Both the position numbers and the translations under genes were made by a program. Source: Macrostomum lignano (Eukaryota). From it: a stretch of 64,000 nucleotides of DNA. The stretch spans positions 124,001-188,000 of the forward strand of contig NIVC01001948.1 of the NCBI GenBank assembly GCA_002269645.1. The letters run 5' to 3'. Shown in pieces: positions 36,501 to 48,500 of the stretch. The first letter of the stretch is position 1. Each line of letters opens with the position of its first letter. The notes under the pieces were generated by a model. The model did no database searches. It was not told the DNA's origin and was given only the letters and a program-made list of their open reading frames with translations.

Positions 36501-39500
36501 CCCAGCAACTGAGGATCTGGGAGGCTGGCCCAGCAACTGAGGATCTGGGAGGCTGGCCCAGCAACTGAGGATCTGGGAGGCTGGTGACCCAGCAACTGAG
36601 GATCTGGGAGGCTGGCCCAGCAACTGAGGATCTGGAAGGCTGGCGCAGCAACTGGAGATCTGGGAGGCTGGCCCAGCAACTGAGGGTCTGGGAGGCTGGC
36701 CCAGCAACTGAGGATCTGAGAGGCTGGCCCAGCAACTGAGGATCTGGGAGGCTGGCCCAGCAACTGGAGATCTGGGAGGCTGGCCCAGCAACTGAGGATC
36801 TGAGAAGCTGGCCCAGCAACTGAGGATCTGAGAAGCTGGCCCAGCAACTGAGGATCTAGGAGGCTGGCCCAGAAACTGAGGATCTGGGAGGCTGGCCCAG
36901 CAACTGAGGATCTGGGAGGCTGGCCCAGCACTGGAGATATGGGAGGCTGGCCCAGCAACTGAGGGTCTGGGAGGCTGGCCCAGCAACTGAGGATCTGAGA
37001 GGCTGGCCCAGCAACAGAGGATCTGGGAGGCTGGTGATCCAGCAACTGAGGATCTGGGAGGCTGGCGCAGCAACTGAGGATCTGGGAGGCTGGCCCAGCA
37101 ACTGAGGATCTGGGAGGCTGGCGCAGCAAATGAGGATCTGGGAGGCTGGTGACCCAGCAACTGAGGATCTGGGAGGCTGGCCCAGCAACTGAGAATCAGG
37201 GAGGCTAGCCCAGCAACTGAGGATCTGGGAGGCTGGCCCAGCAAATGAGGATCTGGGAGGCTGGTGACCCAGCAACTGAGGATCTGGGAGGCTGGCTCAG
37301 CAACTGAGGATCTGGGAGGCTGGTGACCCAGCAACTGAGGATCTGGGAGGCTGGTGACCCAGCAACTGAGGATCTGGGAGGCTGGCCCAGCAACTGAGGA
37401 TCTGGGAGGCTGGTGACCCAGCAACTGAGGATCTGAGAGGCTGGTGGCCCAGCAACTGAGGATCTGGGAGGCTGGCCCAGCAAATGAGGATCTGGGAGGC
37501 TGGTGACCCAGCAACTGAGGATCTGGGAGGCTGGCCCAGCAACTGAGGATCTGAGAAGCTGGCCCAGCAACTGAAAATCTGGGAGGCTGGCCCAGCAACT
37601 GGAGATCTGGGAGGCTGGCCCAGCAACTGAGGGTCTGGGAGTCTGGCCCAGCAACTGAGGATCTGGGAGGCTGGCCCAGCAACTGAGGATCTGGGAGGCT
37701 GGCCCAGCAACTGAGCATCTGGGAGGCTGGTGACCCAGCAACTGAGGTTCTGGGAGGCTGGCGCAGCAAATGAGGATCTGGGAGGCTGGTGACCCAGCAA
37801 CTGAGGATCTGGGAGGCTGGCCCAGCAACTGAGGATCTGGGAGGCTGGCCCAGCAAATGAGGATCTGGGAGGCTGGTGACCCAGCAACTGAGGATCTGGG
37901 AGGCTGGCCCAGCAACTGAGGGTCTGGGAGGCTGGCCCAGCAACTGAGGATCTGAGAGGCTGGCCCAGCAACTGAGGATTTTGGAGGCTGGTGACCCAGC
38001 AACTGAGGATCTGGGAGGCTGGTGACCCAGCAACTGAGGATCTGGGAGGCTGGCCCAGCAACTGAGGATCTGGAAGGCTGGCCCAGCAACTGGAGATCTG
38101 GGAGGCTGGCCCAGCAACTGAGGGTCTGGGAGGCTGGCCCAGCAACTGAGGATCTGAGAGGCTGGCCCAGCAACTGAGGATCTGGGAGGCTGGCCCAGCA
38201 ACTGAGGATCTGGGAGGCTGGTGACCCAGCAACTGAGGATCTGGGAGGCTGGCCCAGCAACTGAGGATCTGGGAGGCTGGTGGCCCAGCAACTGAGGATC
38301 TGGGAGGCTGGCCCTGCAACTGAGGATCTGGGAGGCTGGCCCAGCAACTGACACTCTGGGAGGCTTGTGACCCAGCAACTGACGATCTGGGAGGCTGGCC
38401 CAGCAACTGAGGATCTGGGAGGCTGGCCAAGCAACTGAGGATCTGGGAGGCTGGTGACCCAGCAACTGAGGATCTGGGAGGCTGGCCCAGCAACTGAGGA
38501 TCTGGGAGGCTAGCCCAGCAACTGAAGATCTGGGAGGCTGGCCCAGCAACTGGAGATCTGGGAGGCTGGCCCAGCAACTGAGGGTCTGGGAGGCTGGCCC
38601 AGCAACTGAGGATCTGAGAGGCTGGCCCAGCAACTGAGGATCTGGGAGGCTGGCCCAGCAACTGGAGATCTGGGAGGCTGGCCCAGCAACTGGAGATCTG
38701 GGAGGCTGGCCCAGCAACTGAGGGTCTGGGAGTCTGGCCCAGCAACTGAGGATCTGAGAGGCTGGCCCAGCAACTGAGGATCTGGGAGGCTGGCCCAGCA
38801 ACTGAGCATCTGGGAGGCTGGTGACCCAGCAACTGAGGTTCTGGGAGGCTGGCCCAGCAACTGAGGATCTGGGAGGCTGGCGCAGCAAATGAGGATCTGG
38901 GAGGCTGGCCCAGCAACTGGAGATCTGGGAGGCTGGCCCAGCAACTGAGGGTCTGGGAGGCTGGCCCAGCAACTGAGGATCTGAGAGGCTGGCCCAGCAA
39001 CTGAGGATCTGGGAGGCTGGCCCAGCAACTGGAGATCTGGGAGGCTGGCCCAGCAACTGAGGGTCTGGGAGTCTGGCCCAGCAACTGAGGATCTGAGAGG
39101 CCGGCCCAGCAACTGAGGATCTGGGAGGCTGGCCCAGCAACTGAGCATCTGGGAGGCTGGTGACCCAGCAACTGAGGTTCTGGGAGGCTGGCCCAGCAAC
39201 TGAGGATCTGGGAGGCTGGCGCAGCAAATGAGGATCTGGGAGGCTGGTGACCCAGCAACTGAGGATCTGGGAGGCTGGTGACCCAGCAACTGAGGATCTG
39301 GGAGGCTGGTGGCCCAGCAACTGAGGATCTGGGAGGCTGGTGACCCAGCAACTGAGGATCTGGGAGGCTGGTGACCCAGCAACTGAGGATCTGGGAGGCT
39401 GGCCCAGCAACTGAGGATCTGGGAGGCTGGTGACCCAGCAACTGAGGATCTGGGAGGCTGGCCCAGCAACTGAGGATCTGGGAGGCTGGTGACCCAGCAA

Positions 39501-42500
39501 CTGAGGATCTGAGAGGCTGGTGGCCCAGCAACTGAGGATCTGGGAGGCTGGCCCAGCAAATGAGGATCTGGGAGGCTGGTGACCCAGCAACTGAGGATCT
39601 GGGAGGCTGGCCCAGCAACTGAGGATCTGAGAAGCTGGCCCAGCAAATGAGGATCTGGGAGGCTGGTGACCCAGAAACTGAGGATCTGGGAGGCTGGCCC
39701 AGAAACTGAGGATCTAGGAGGCTGGCCCAGCAACTGAGGATCTGGGAGGCTGGCCCAGCAACTGAGGGTCTGGGAGGCTGGCCCAGCAACTGAGGATCTG
39801 AGAGGCTGGCCCAGCAACTGAGGATCTGGGAGGCTGGCGCAGCAAATGAGGATCTGGGAGGCTGGCCCAGCAACTGGAGATCTGGGAGGCTGGCCCAGCA
39901 ACTGAGGGTCTGGGAGGCTGGCCCAGCAACTGAGGATCTGAGAGGCTGGCCCAGCAACTGAGGATCTGGGAGGCTGGCCCAGCAACTGGAGATCTGGGAG
40001 GCTGGCCCAGCAACTGAGGGTCTGGGAGGCTGGCCCAGCAACTGAGGATCTGAGAGGCTGGCCCAGCAACTGAGGATCTGGGAGGCTGGCCCAGCAACTG
40101 AGATCTGGGAGGCTGGCCCAGCAACTGAGGATCTGGGAGGCTGGCCCAGCAACTGAGGATCTGGGAGGCTGGCCCAGCAACTGAGGATCTGGGAGGCTGG
40201 TGACCCAGCAACTGAGGATCTGGGAGGCTGGCCCAGCAACTGAGGATCTGGGAGGCTGGCCCAGCAACTGAGGATCTGGGAGGCTGGCCCAGCAACTGAG
40301 GATCTGGGAGGCTGGTGACCCAGCAACTGAGGATCTGGGAGGCTGGTGGCCCAGCAACTGAGGATCTGGGAGGCTGGTGACCCAGCAACTGAGGATCTGG
40401 GAGGCTGGTGACCCAGCAACTGAGGATCTGGGAGGCTGGCCCAGCAACTGAGGATCTGGGAGGCTGGCCCAGCAACTGAGGATCTGGGAGGCTGGCCCAG
40501 CAACTGAGGATCTGGGAGGCTGGCCCAGCAACTGAGGATCTGGAGGCTGGCCCAGCAACTGAGGATCTGGGAGGCTGGCCCAGCAACTGAGGATCTGGGA
40601 GGCTGGCCCAGCAACTGAGGATCTGGGAGGCTGGCCCAGCAACTGAGGATCTGGAGGCTGGCCCAGCAACTGAGGATCTGGGAGGCTGGTGACCCAGCAA
40701 CTGAGGATCTGGGAGGCTGGCCCAGCAACTGAGGATCTGGGAGGCTGGCCCAGCAACTGAGGATCTGGGAGGCTGGCCCAGCAACTGAGGATCTGGGAGG
40801 CTGGCCCAGCAACTGAGGATCTGGGAGGCTGGCCCAGCAACTGAGGATCTGGGAGGCTGGCCCAGCAACTGAGGATCTGGGAGGCTGGCCCAGCAACTGA
40901 GGATCTGGGAGGCTGGTGACCCAGCAACTGAGGATCTGGGAGGCTGGCCCAGCAACTGAGGATCTGGGAGGCTTGAGGATGAGGCCCAGCAACTGAGGAT
41001 CTGGGAGGCTGGCCCAGCAACTGAGGATCTGGGAGGCTGGCCCAGCAACTGAGGATCTGGGAGGCTGGCCCAGCAACTGAGGATCTGGGAGGGAGGCTGG
41101 CCCCAGCAAACTGAGGATCTGGGAGGCTGGCCCAGCAACTGAGGATCTGGGAGGCTGGCTCAGCAACTGGGGTTATGGGAGGCTGGTCCAGCAACTGAAG
41201 ATCTAGGAGGCTGGCCCAGCAAACCTTCTGCTCCACTAAAATAAACAATAAACGAGTTCATGAAAGAAAGGGCAACTAGTTATTGAATATTAGCTTTCTC
41301 TGCTAAATGAATATATAATAAAAGAAACATTTTTTCAATCAGTAAGTTTTATTCTGCATCAAGTTGTTTCACCCTGTATCTGGATAGGTTCGCATTGGCC
41401 ATGCTTGTACAGTAGCAATAGGGTGGTCATCCACTCTGTCAGATGAGACAGTTAATACGAGCTGTGATGGCTGATACAAGCGTAGACGAGGTAATCAGGA
41501 ATAAATAAATATGTTTGAAGTTAACACGTGAAGACATTTGTTAACAGCCAGAGTCACAGCAACCGAATCATAGCCAGAATGACGGCGGTGGCGAAGGCGG
41601 TAAAATTCCAGCCTCGAAGGCTGGCGGCAGAGTTGCAGTAGTCCCCGCTGTTGCACGCTCTACAGTTGCTATAGGAGTCGAGCTTTGAGCACTCTCCACA
41701 GCCGGCGAAGAAGATCTATGATGATGGGGACAATACTAGTGTTGTTGAAGACTGTCTAACAGGTTGACGTCACTGTCTAACAGGTTGACGTCACTGTCTA
41801 ACAGGTTGACGTCACTGTCTAACAGGTTGATGTCACTATCTAACAGATTGACGTCACTGTCTAACAGGTTGACGTCACTGTCTAACAGGTTGACGTCACT
41901 GTCTAACAGGTTGACGTCACTGTCTAACGGGTTGACATCACTGTCTAACAGGTTGATGTCACTGTCTAAACAGGTTGATGTCACTATCTAACAGATTGAC
42001 GTCACTGTCTAACAGGTTGACGTCACTGTCTAACAGGTTGACGTCACTGTCTAACGGGTTGACATCACTGTCTAAACAGGTTGATGTCACTATCTAACAG
42101 ATTGACGTCACTGTCTAACAGGTTGATGTCACTGTCTAACAGGTTGACGTCACTGTCTAAACAGGTTGATGTCACTATCTAACAGGTTGATGTCACTATC
42201 TAACAGGTTGACGTCACTGTCTAAACAGGTTGACGTCACTGTCTAACAGGTTGACGTCACTGTCTAACAGGTTGACGTCACTGTCTAACAGGTTGATGTC
42301 CCTGTCTAACAGGTTGACGTCACTGTCTAACAGGTTGATGTCACTGTCTAACAGGTTGATGTCACTATCTAACAGGTTGAAGTCACTGTCTACCAGGTTG
42401 ACGTCACTGTCTAACAGGTTGACGTCACTGTCTAACGGGTTGACATCACTGTCTAAACAGGTTGATGTCACTATCTAACAGATTGACGTCACTGTCTAAC

Positions 42501-45500
42501 AGGTTGATGTCACTGTCTAACAGGTTGACGTCACTGTCTAAACAGGTTGATGTCACTATCTAACAGGTTGATGTCACTATCTAACAGGTTGACGTCACTG
42601 TCTAAACAGGTTGACGTCACTGTCTAACAGGTTGACGTCACTGTCTAACAGGTTGACGTCACTGTCTAACAGGTTGATGTCCCTGTCTAACAGGTTGACG
42701 TCACTGTCTAACAGGTTGATGTCACTGTCTAACAGGTTGATGTCACTATCTAACAGGTTGAAGTCACTGTCTACCAGGTTGACGTCACTGTCTAACAGGT
42801 TGACGTCACTGTCTAACAGGTCAAAGATGCTGTCTAACCGTTAAAGAGATTTTTATACTTCAATTCTATAAAATTATAAAATTAGACATTACTTCAGCAC
42901 TCCGACTTGAGTCTGAAACTCACATCGATAGTAGCATAGGTAAAGCTGTACTCATAGCAATAGCTACTTTCACATCTCCTCCTCCTTCGGCTGCTGTGAA
43001 GATAGTCTCCATTGCTGTAGTAACAGTTCAGAACAGGCGGTCGAGTATTGCAGTAGCTGGCAGTGCACGCTTTGCAGGTGGTGTAAGAATACCCGGAGCA
43101 GGTGCCACAACCAGCAAAGTTGTCCTGTACAGGGTCAAAATTCGGTTTTGCTGCGGTAGACTTAACGAGGTAAGTGCACAGTGGTTTTATACTTATTTAA
43201 AATTGCTTGGGTTAGATCAAGGAGTAATGAGAAACGTCGGATGTGAGTCAGTCGTGTCGATAAGGAGTCAGTGGTGTCGATAAGGATTCAGTTGTGTCAG
43301 GAAGGAGTCAGTGGTGTCAGGAAGGAGTCAGGTGTCAGGAAGGAGTCAGTGGGTGTCCGGGAAGGAGTCAGTGGTGTCAGGAAGGAGTCAGGTGTCAGGA
43401 AGGAGTCAGGTGTCAGGAAGGAGTCCGGAGGTGTCAGGAAGGAGTCCGGAGGTGTCAGGAAGGAGTCAGGTGTCGTCAGGAAGGAGTCAGTGTTGTCAGG
43501 AAGGAGTCAGTGGGTGTTGAGAAGGAGTCAGTGGTGTTGGGAAAGAGTCAGTGGTGTTGGGAAAGAGTCAGTGGGTGTCGGGAAAGAGTCAGTGGTGTTG
43601 GGAAAGAGTCAGTGGTGTTGGGAAAGAGTCAGTGGTGTTGGGAAAGAGTCAGTGGGTGTCGGGAAAGAGTCAGTGGTGTTGGGAAAGAGTCAGTGGTGTC
43701 GGGAAAGAGTCAGTGGTGTTGCGAAGGAGTCAGTGGTGTCGGGAAGGAGTTAGTGGTGTTGCGAAGGAGTCAGTGGGTGTCGGGAAGGAATCAGTGGGTG
43801 TCAAGAAGGAGTCAGTGGGTGTCGGGAAAGAGTCAGTGGTGTTGGGAAAGAGTCAGTGGTGTCGGGAAAGAGTCAGTGGTGTTGGGAAAGAGTCAGTGGT
43901 GTTGGGAAAGAGTCAGTGGTGTTGGGAAGGAGTTAGTGGTGTTGCGAAGGAGTCAGTGGTGTCGGGAAGGAGTTAGTGGTGTTGCGAAGGAGTCAGTGGG
44001 TGTCAAGAAGGAGTCAGTGGGTGTCGGGAAAGAGTCAGTGGTGTTGGGAAAGAGTCAGTGGTGTTGGGAAAGAGTCAGTGGGTGTCGGGAAAGAGTCAGT
44101 GGTGTTGGGAAAGAGTCAGTGGTGTTGGGAAAGAGTCAGTGGTGTTGGGAAAGAGTCAGTGGTGTTGGGAAAGAGTCAGTGGTGTTGGGAAAGAGTCAGT
44201 GGTGTTGGGAAAGAGTTAGTGGTGTTGCGAAGGAGTCAGTGGGTGTCGGGAAGGAATCAGTGGGTGTCAAGAAGGAGTCAGTGGGTGTCGGGAAAGAGTC
44301 AGTGGTTTCAGGAAGGAATCAGTGGGTGTCGGGAAGGAATCAGTGGGTGTCAAGAAGGAGTCAGTGGGTGTCGGGAAGGAGTCACTGGTTTCAGGAAGGA
44401 ATCAGTGGGTGTCGGGAAGGAATCAGTGGGTGTCAGGAAAGAGTCAGGCTAAAACGAGCGTGTGACGCACTTCTCCGTAGTCATATGTGTAGCAGCTGCT
44501 GTCAAAGGCACAGAGGGTCGTAGTTCCGTTGCTGGTATAGCTAGTCGATGAGGACCTCGAGTAGCAGGTGATCGACGCAGCAGCGTTCGCTGTGAAAATT
44601 AAATGATGGGCTGCGTGATCAATCTGTCTCTATGGAAACTGTCCCTAACTCTTCCGTCTAACAGGTGTCTCCTCTGTGTCTAACAGGTGTCTCCTCTGTG
44701 TCTAACAGGTGTCTCCTCTGTGTCTAACAGGTGACTCCTCTGTGTCTAACAGGTGTCTCCTCTATGTCTAACAGGTGTCTCCTCTGTGTCTAACAGGTGA
44801 CTCACTGTGTCTAACAGGTGTCTCCTCTGTGTCTAACAGGTGTCTCCTCTGTGTCTAACAGGTGTCTCCTCTGTGTCTAACAGGTGACTCCTCTGTGTCT
44901 AACAGGTGTCTCCTCTGTGTCTAACAGGTGACTCATCTGTGTCTAACAGGTAACTCCTCTGTGTCTAACAGGTGTCTCCTCTGTGTCTAACAGGTGACTC
45001 ATCTGTGTCTAACAGGTGACTCACTGTGTCTAACAGGTGTCTCCTCTGTGTCTAACAGGTGTCTCCTCTGTGTCTAACAGGTGTCTCCTCTGTGTCTAAC
45101 AGGTGACTCCTCTGTGTCTAACAGGTGACTCCTCTGTATCTAACAGGTTACAGAGAATTAATATGGGAAACTTACAGATAAAAGCAGCCAAAATGGCAAC
45201 AGAGACAATCAAGTATTTCATTTTTGCAATCCGTATTTCTTAGAAGTTTGTTGCTTGTCGTTGCTTTTTGAAAAAAAATTACTGAGAAATCCTGCCATTT
45301 ATAACACTCGGTTGCCATGGTGAATACGAGGGGGGGGGAGAGAGAGATAGAAAAGCTTCTGTTTTTTTGGTTGAACAGTGCGAGCGTAGCAATTTGCGTG
45401 CGAGAAAAACATATTTTTCACAAATAGGACAGAGAAATAGAGGTCAGGTGAAGTGAGAGAGATGCAGATGCCAGAAGGACAATTAAAAGAGAAAAAAAGC

Positions 45501-48500
45501 AAATTTGGGGCTTGTCCGACAGACTCAGTAGCCGCTCTGTGCATTGCTTAACGAATAGATGAGGTTGGCTCAACTGGTCTAAGAAATTTATTGTGCGTTT
45601 TCAGATTTTATACACCATTGTCCTGAATTCCCCTGTCCACAATGCTCCGAAAGTAGCAATGTTTGGCAATAGCGAAAACACACAATAATATAAGCATATT
45701 TTTTTGCTCAGAATGAACGCGAAGTGGATTTAAGTCTCAGTGGAGGCTGCGCAGATTCAAAAACAAGACAGAAATGTGACGCAAAGTGGCAGAATGGCTA
45801 TGCTTGTGACAATTCATGCTATTGTTTCACAAGAAAGTTAGGAAAGCAGTTGAGAGCTCACTGCATGCTTGTCAATGCTCAAGTATTGAACGCAAAGCAA
45901 TTAAGTACCGGCGTACTGAGATACTGAGAGTGGCTGTTGGGTGTGGCCAGGCTTCTAGTTCTACGAATACTCTGCGGAAATTTTGTGGAAAATTTCTAAA
46001 AAAAACTGAGCTGGCTATTTTGTAAACATCTAAACCGAATAGCTGTTTCCTAACATCAGAGTTTAATGCAATGATGCTTTATGTATTAAAGTTGCCACGC
46101 TATGCCCTCGGAGACAGAAAGATAGAAAAAATCCGGGAGGCTGCCCAGCAACTGAGGATCTGAGAGGCTGGCCCAGAAACTGAGGATCTGGAAGGTGGCC
46201 CAGCAACTGACACTCTGGGATGCTGGCCCAGCAACTGAGGATCTGGGAGGCTGGCCCAGTAACTGCGGATCTGAGAGGCTGGCCCAACAACTGAGGATCT
46301 GAGAGGCTGGCCCAAAAAAACTGAGGATCTGGAAGGTGGCCCAGCAACTGACACTCTGGGATGCTGGCCCAGCAACTGACACTCTGGGAGGCTGGCCCAG
46401 CAACTGACACTCTGGGAGGCTGGCCCAGCAACTGAGGATCTGGGAGGCTAGTGACCCAGCAACTGAGGATCAGGGAGGCTGGCCCAGCAACTGAGGATCT
46501 GGGATGCTGGCCCAGCAACTGGGGATTTGGGATGCTGGCACAGCCACTGAGGATCTGGGAGGCTGTCGCAGCAACCTGCTGAGCGGTGGTGGCTGCTCAG
46601 CAACCTACGGTCTAGGAGTTCGCTTAGAAAGGACTTTAAGCAACAATTTTCAACATAAATATTGCTTTACGTTTGAAAATTTTCAGTCAACCACAGCGCT
46701 GCCCAATCATCGGCCGCAATAGACTTGGTACTAGATGGTGTTGACACCATCGGTCAGGTGATTCTGAACAATCGTCATCTAATAGCCAGCTGCGATAACT
46801 ACTGGAGAGAGTACCGAATCAGTGTGAAGAGCTTGTTAGTTGTAAGTTGCTTGCTAAAATTTCAGGACTTTGGAGCGTTTATAATAAAGAATCTATGTAG
46901 GTCCACCCTGACGCAACGCTCTCAGCGACATTTTCCCACAACCAAGTACTGCTGAGGCGATTCCATTTTGCTTCTTGGTGGCGCTACTGTTGTGGCATAT
47001 TTTCTAGTCAAGCCTTACAAATGGGTTCACTGACCTAAAAAAAGTTTTGACAGGGGTCAAATCAACAAATGTATCCCCCCTCAGGTTGGAGAGAACAACC
47101 TCACAGTCAGCCTGACGTCTCCCATTGTCTATGCAAGACAAGCTGCAGAGAATTACGCGTCGAAGTTCGGCTATCCAGTGCCGCCAGACTGTCCGCCGTT
47201 GACCTACAACGGCGAGTGTTACTTCAATTTCATTCGCAAGCCAGCCTATTCGTTCAGCTGGGACTGGGGCCCGGCGGTACCAACGTCGGGACTTTGGTGA
47301 GTCGTTGAACTTTTGAAGTTCATTTAGTTGTGGTGTCGTTGGTGTCATAGTGGGTTTATGGGTGCATTCACTGACAGCTTTAAAAGTTAAGAAGAGTCGA
47401 CTACGGTGAGTTCTCTATTGAGATGGTGGAATTGTAGTAGACTGCTACACCTTGGGTTACCTAGGTAGCGGATTTTCTATTTTCTATTCTAGTGTATTTT
47501 ATTCACTAAGCCATAGAATATTCACGGAATCCTCAATAATTATTCTTACGACTACAAAAAAAGTATTAAAATTCGCATAAGCCTACTTTTTTTATAAAAT
47601 TTCTCAGTAGCACGATGCAAATTTATGAAAATACGACCTATATTGCAAATGTTTGCAAATATCCGTTTTGCCTCCTTAATTTTACTCACAAAGAGTGTGG
47701 CTAGTGTAAAATGTAATTCTTGCACGAGAAATGTTCTTCAAAATACATTCTCAATCGAGGGTTCGGATTACTAACGAAACATTGCTGATATTGGTAAGCG
47801 GCTACAAAATGTCTCCCGCAGGCGCGCAGTCTATTTGGACCTGTACTCGGGTTTGGCCATAGACTATGTCAAATTTACGGCCTCACCGAGTCTCGATAGC
47901 AGCAGCAACGCTTGGTGGGCAATGGCAACTGCTGGTGTGAAATTTGGCGATAGGTTCGATCAGAAAATTGGTCAGGTGTGCATCGTTGCTCAGATAGACG
48001 AACTGACGGAATCTTTGAAACGATGCGTCAAACTGCCCTCAGAGACTTCGCCCCAACCGTCTATAATTGATGCAGCAGAGAGTAATTTCACTGTCGACGT
48101 TAGATTTGATCAGATTGTAAGTAATTGGATTTATATTTCTCCGAAAATATTAGATAATTTACTATTACGCTCGTAGTTGTTTTCTACTCAACCAACAATT
48201 AGCAACCAACAACTCGAAATGTTATTATTAAAGATTGATACGAATATATATGGCGGAATTTGGCGTTCATTTTTTCGTAGCATAAAGTTCATTGTTCTGG
48301 GTGTGTGATGATGTGGCTTTAAACTTCTTGTTTTATGTGTAGTTCTAAACTTTTAGTTGAGGATGTGGCTTTAAACTCTTTGTTGCGTAGATTTGACTCT
48401 AAACTATTTGTTCTGAATGTGGCGCATCGGTAAGGTTTTTAATTTGTCGCCTTAGAGACTAAAAGTTACTTTGACAGACTCTGGTCCTTCGTGAATCTAG

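Noticed and set aside
33985-41220. Hammerhead-like motif in the 28-bp unit (CTGAGGA, CTGGG/CCCAG stem, occasional GAAAC)
   Set aside because: Two extra bases after the A9 equivalent, consensus GCAAC instead of GAAAC, and no room for stems I and III
33856-41248. Giant minus-strand ORFs up to 1289 aa
   Set aside because: All three frames give the same 28-aa period because the 28-bp unit is stop-free on that strand; no unique sequence or splice context
41750-45148. CRISPR-like arrays
   Set aside because: Head-to-tail units with no unique spacers, no cas genes, eukaryotic intron context
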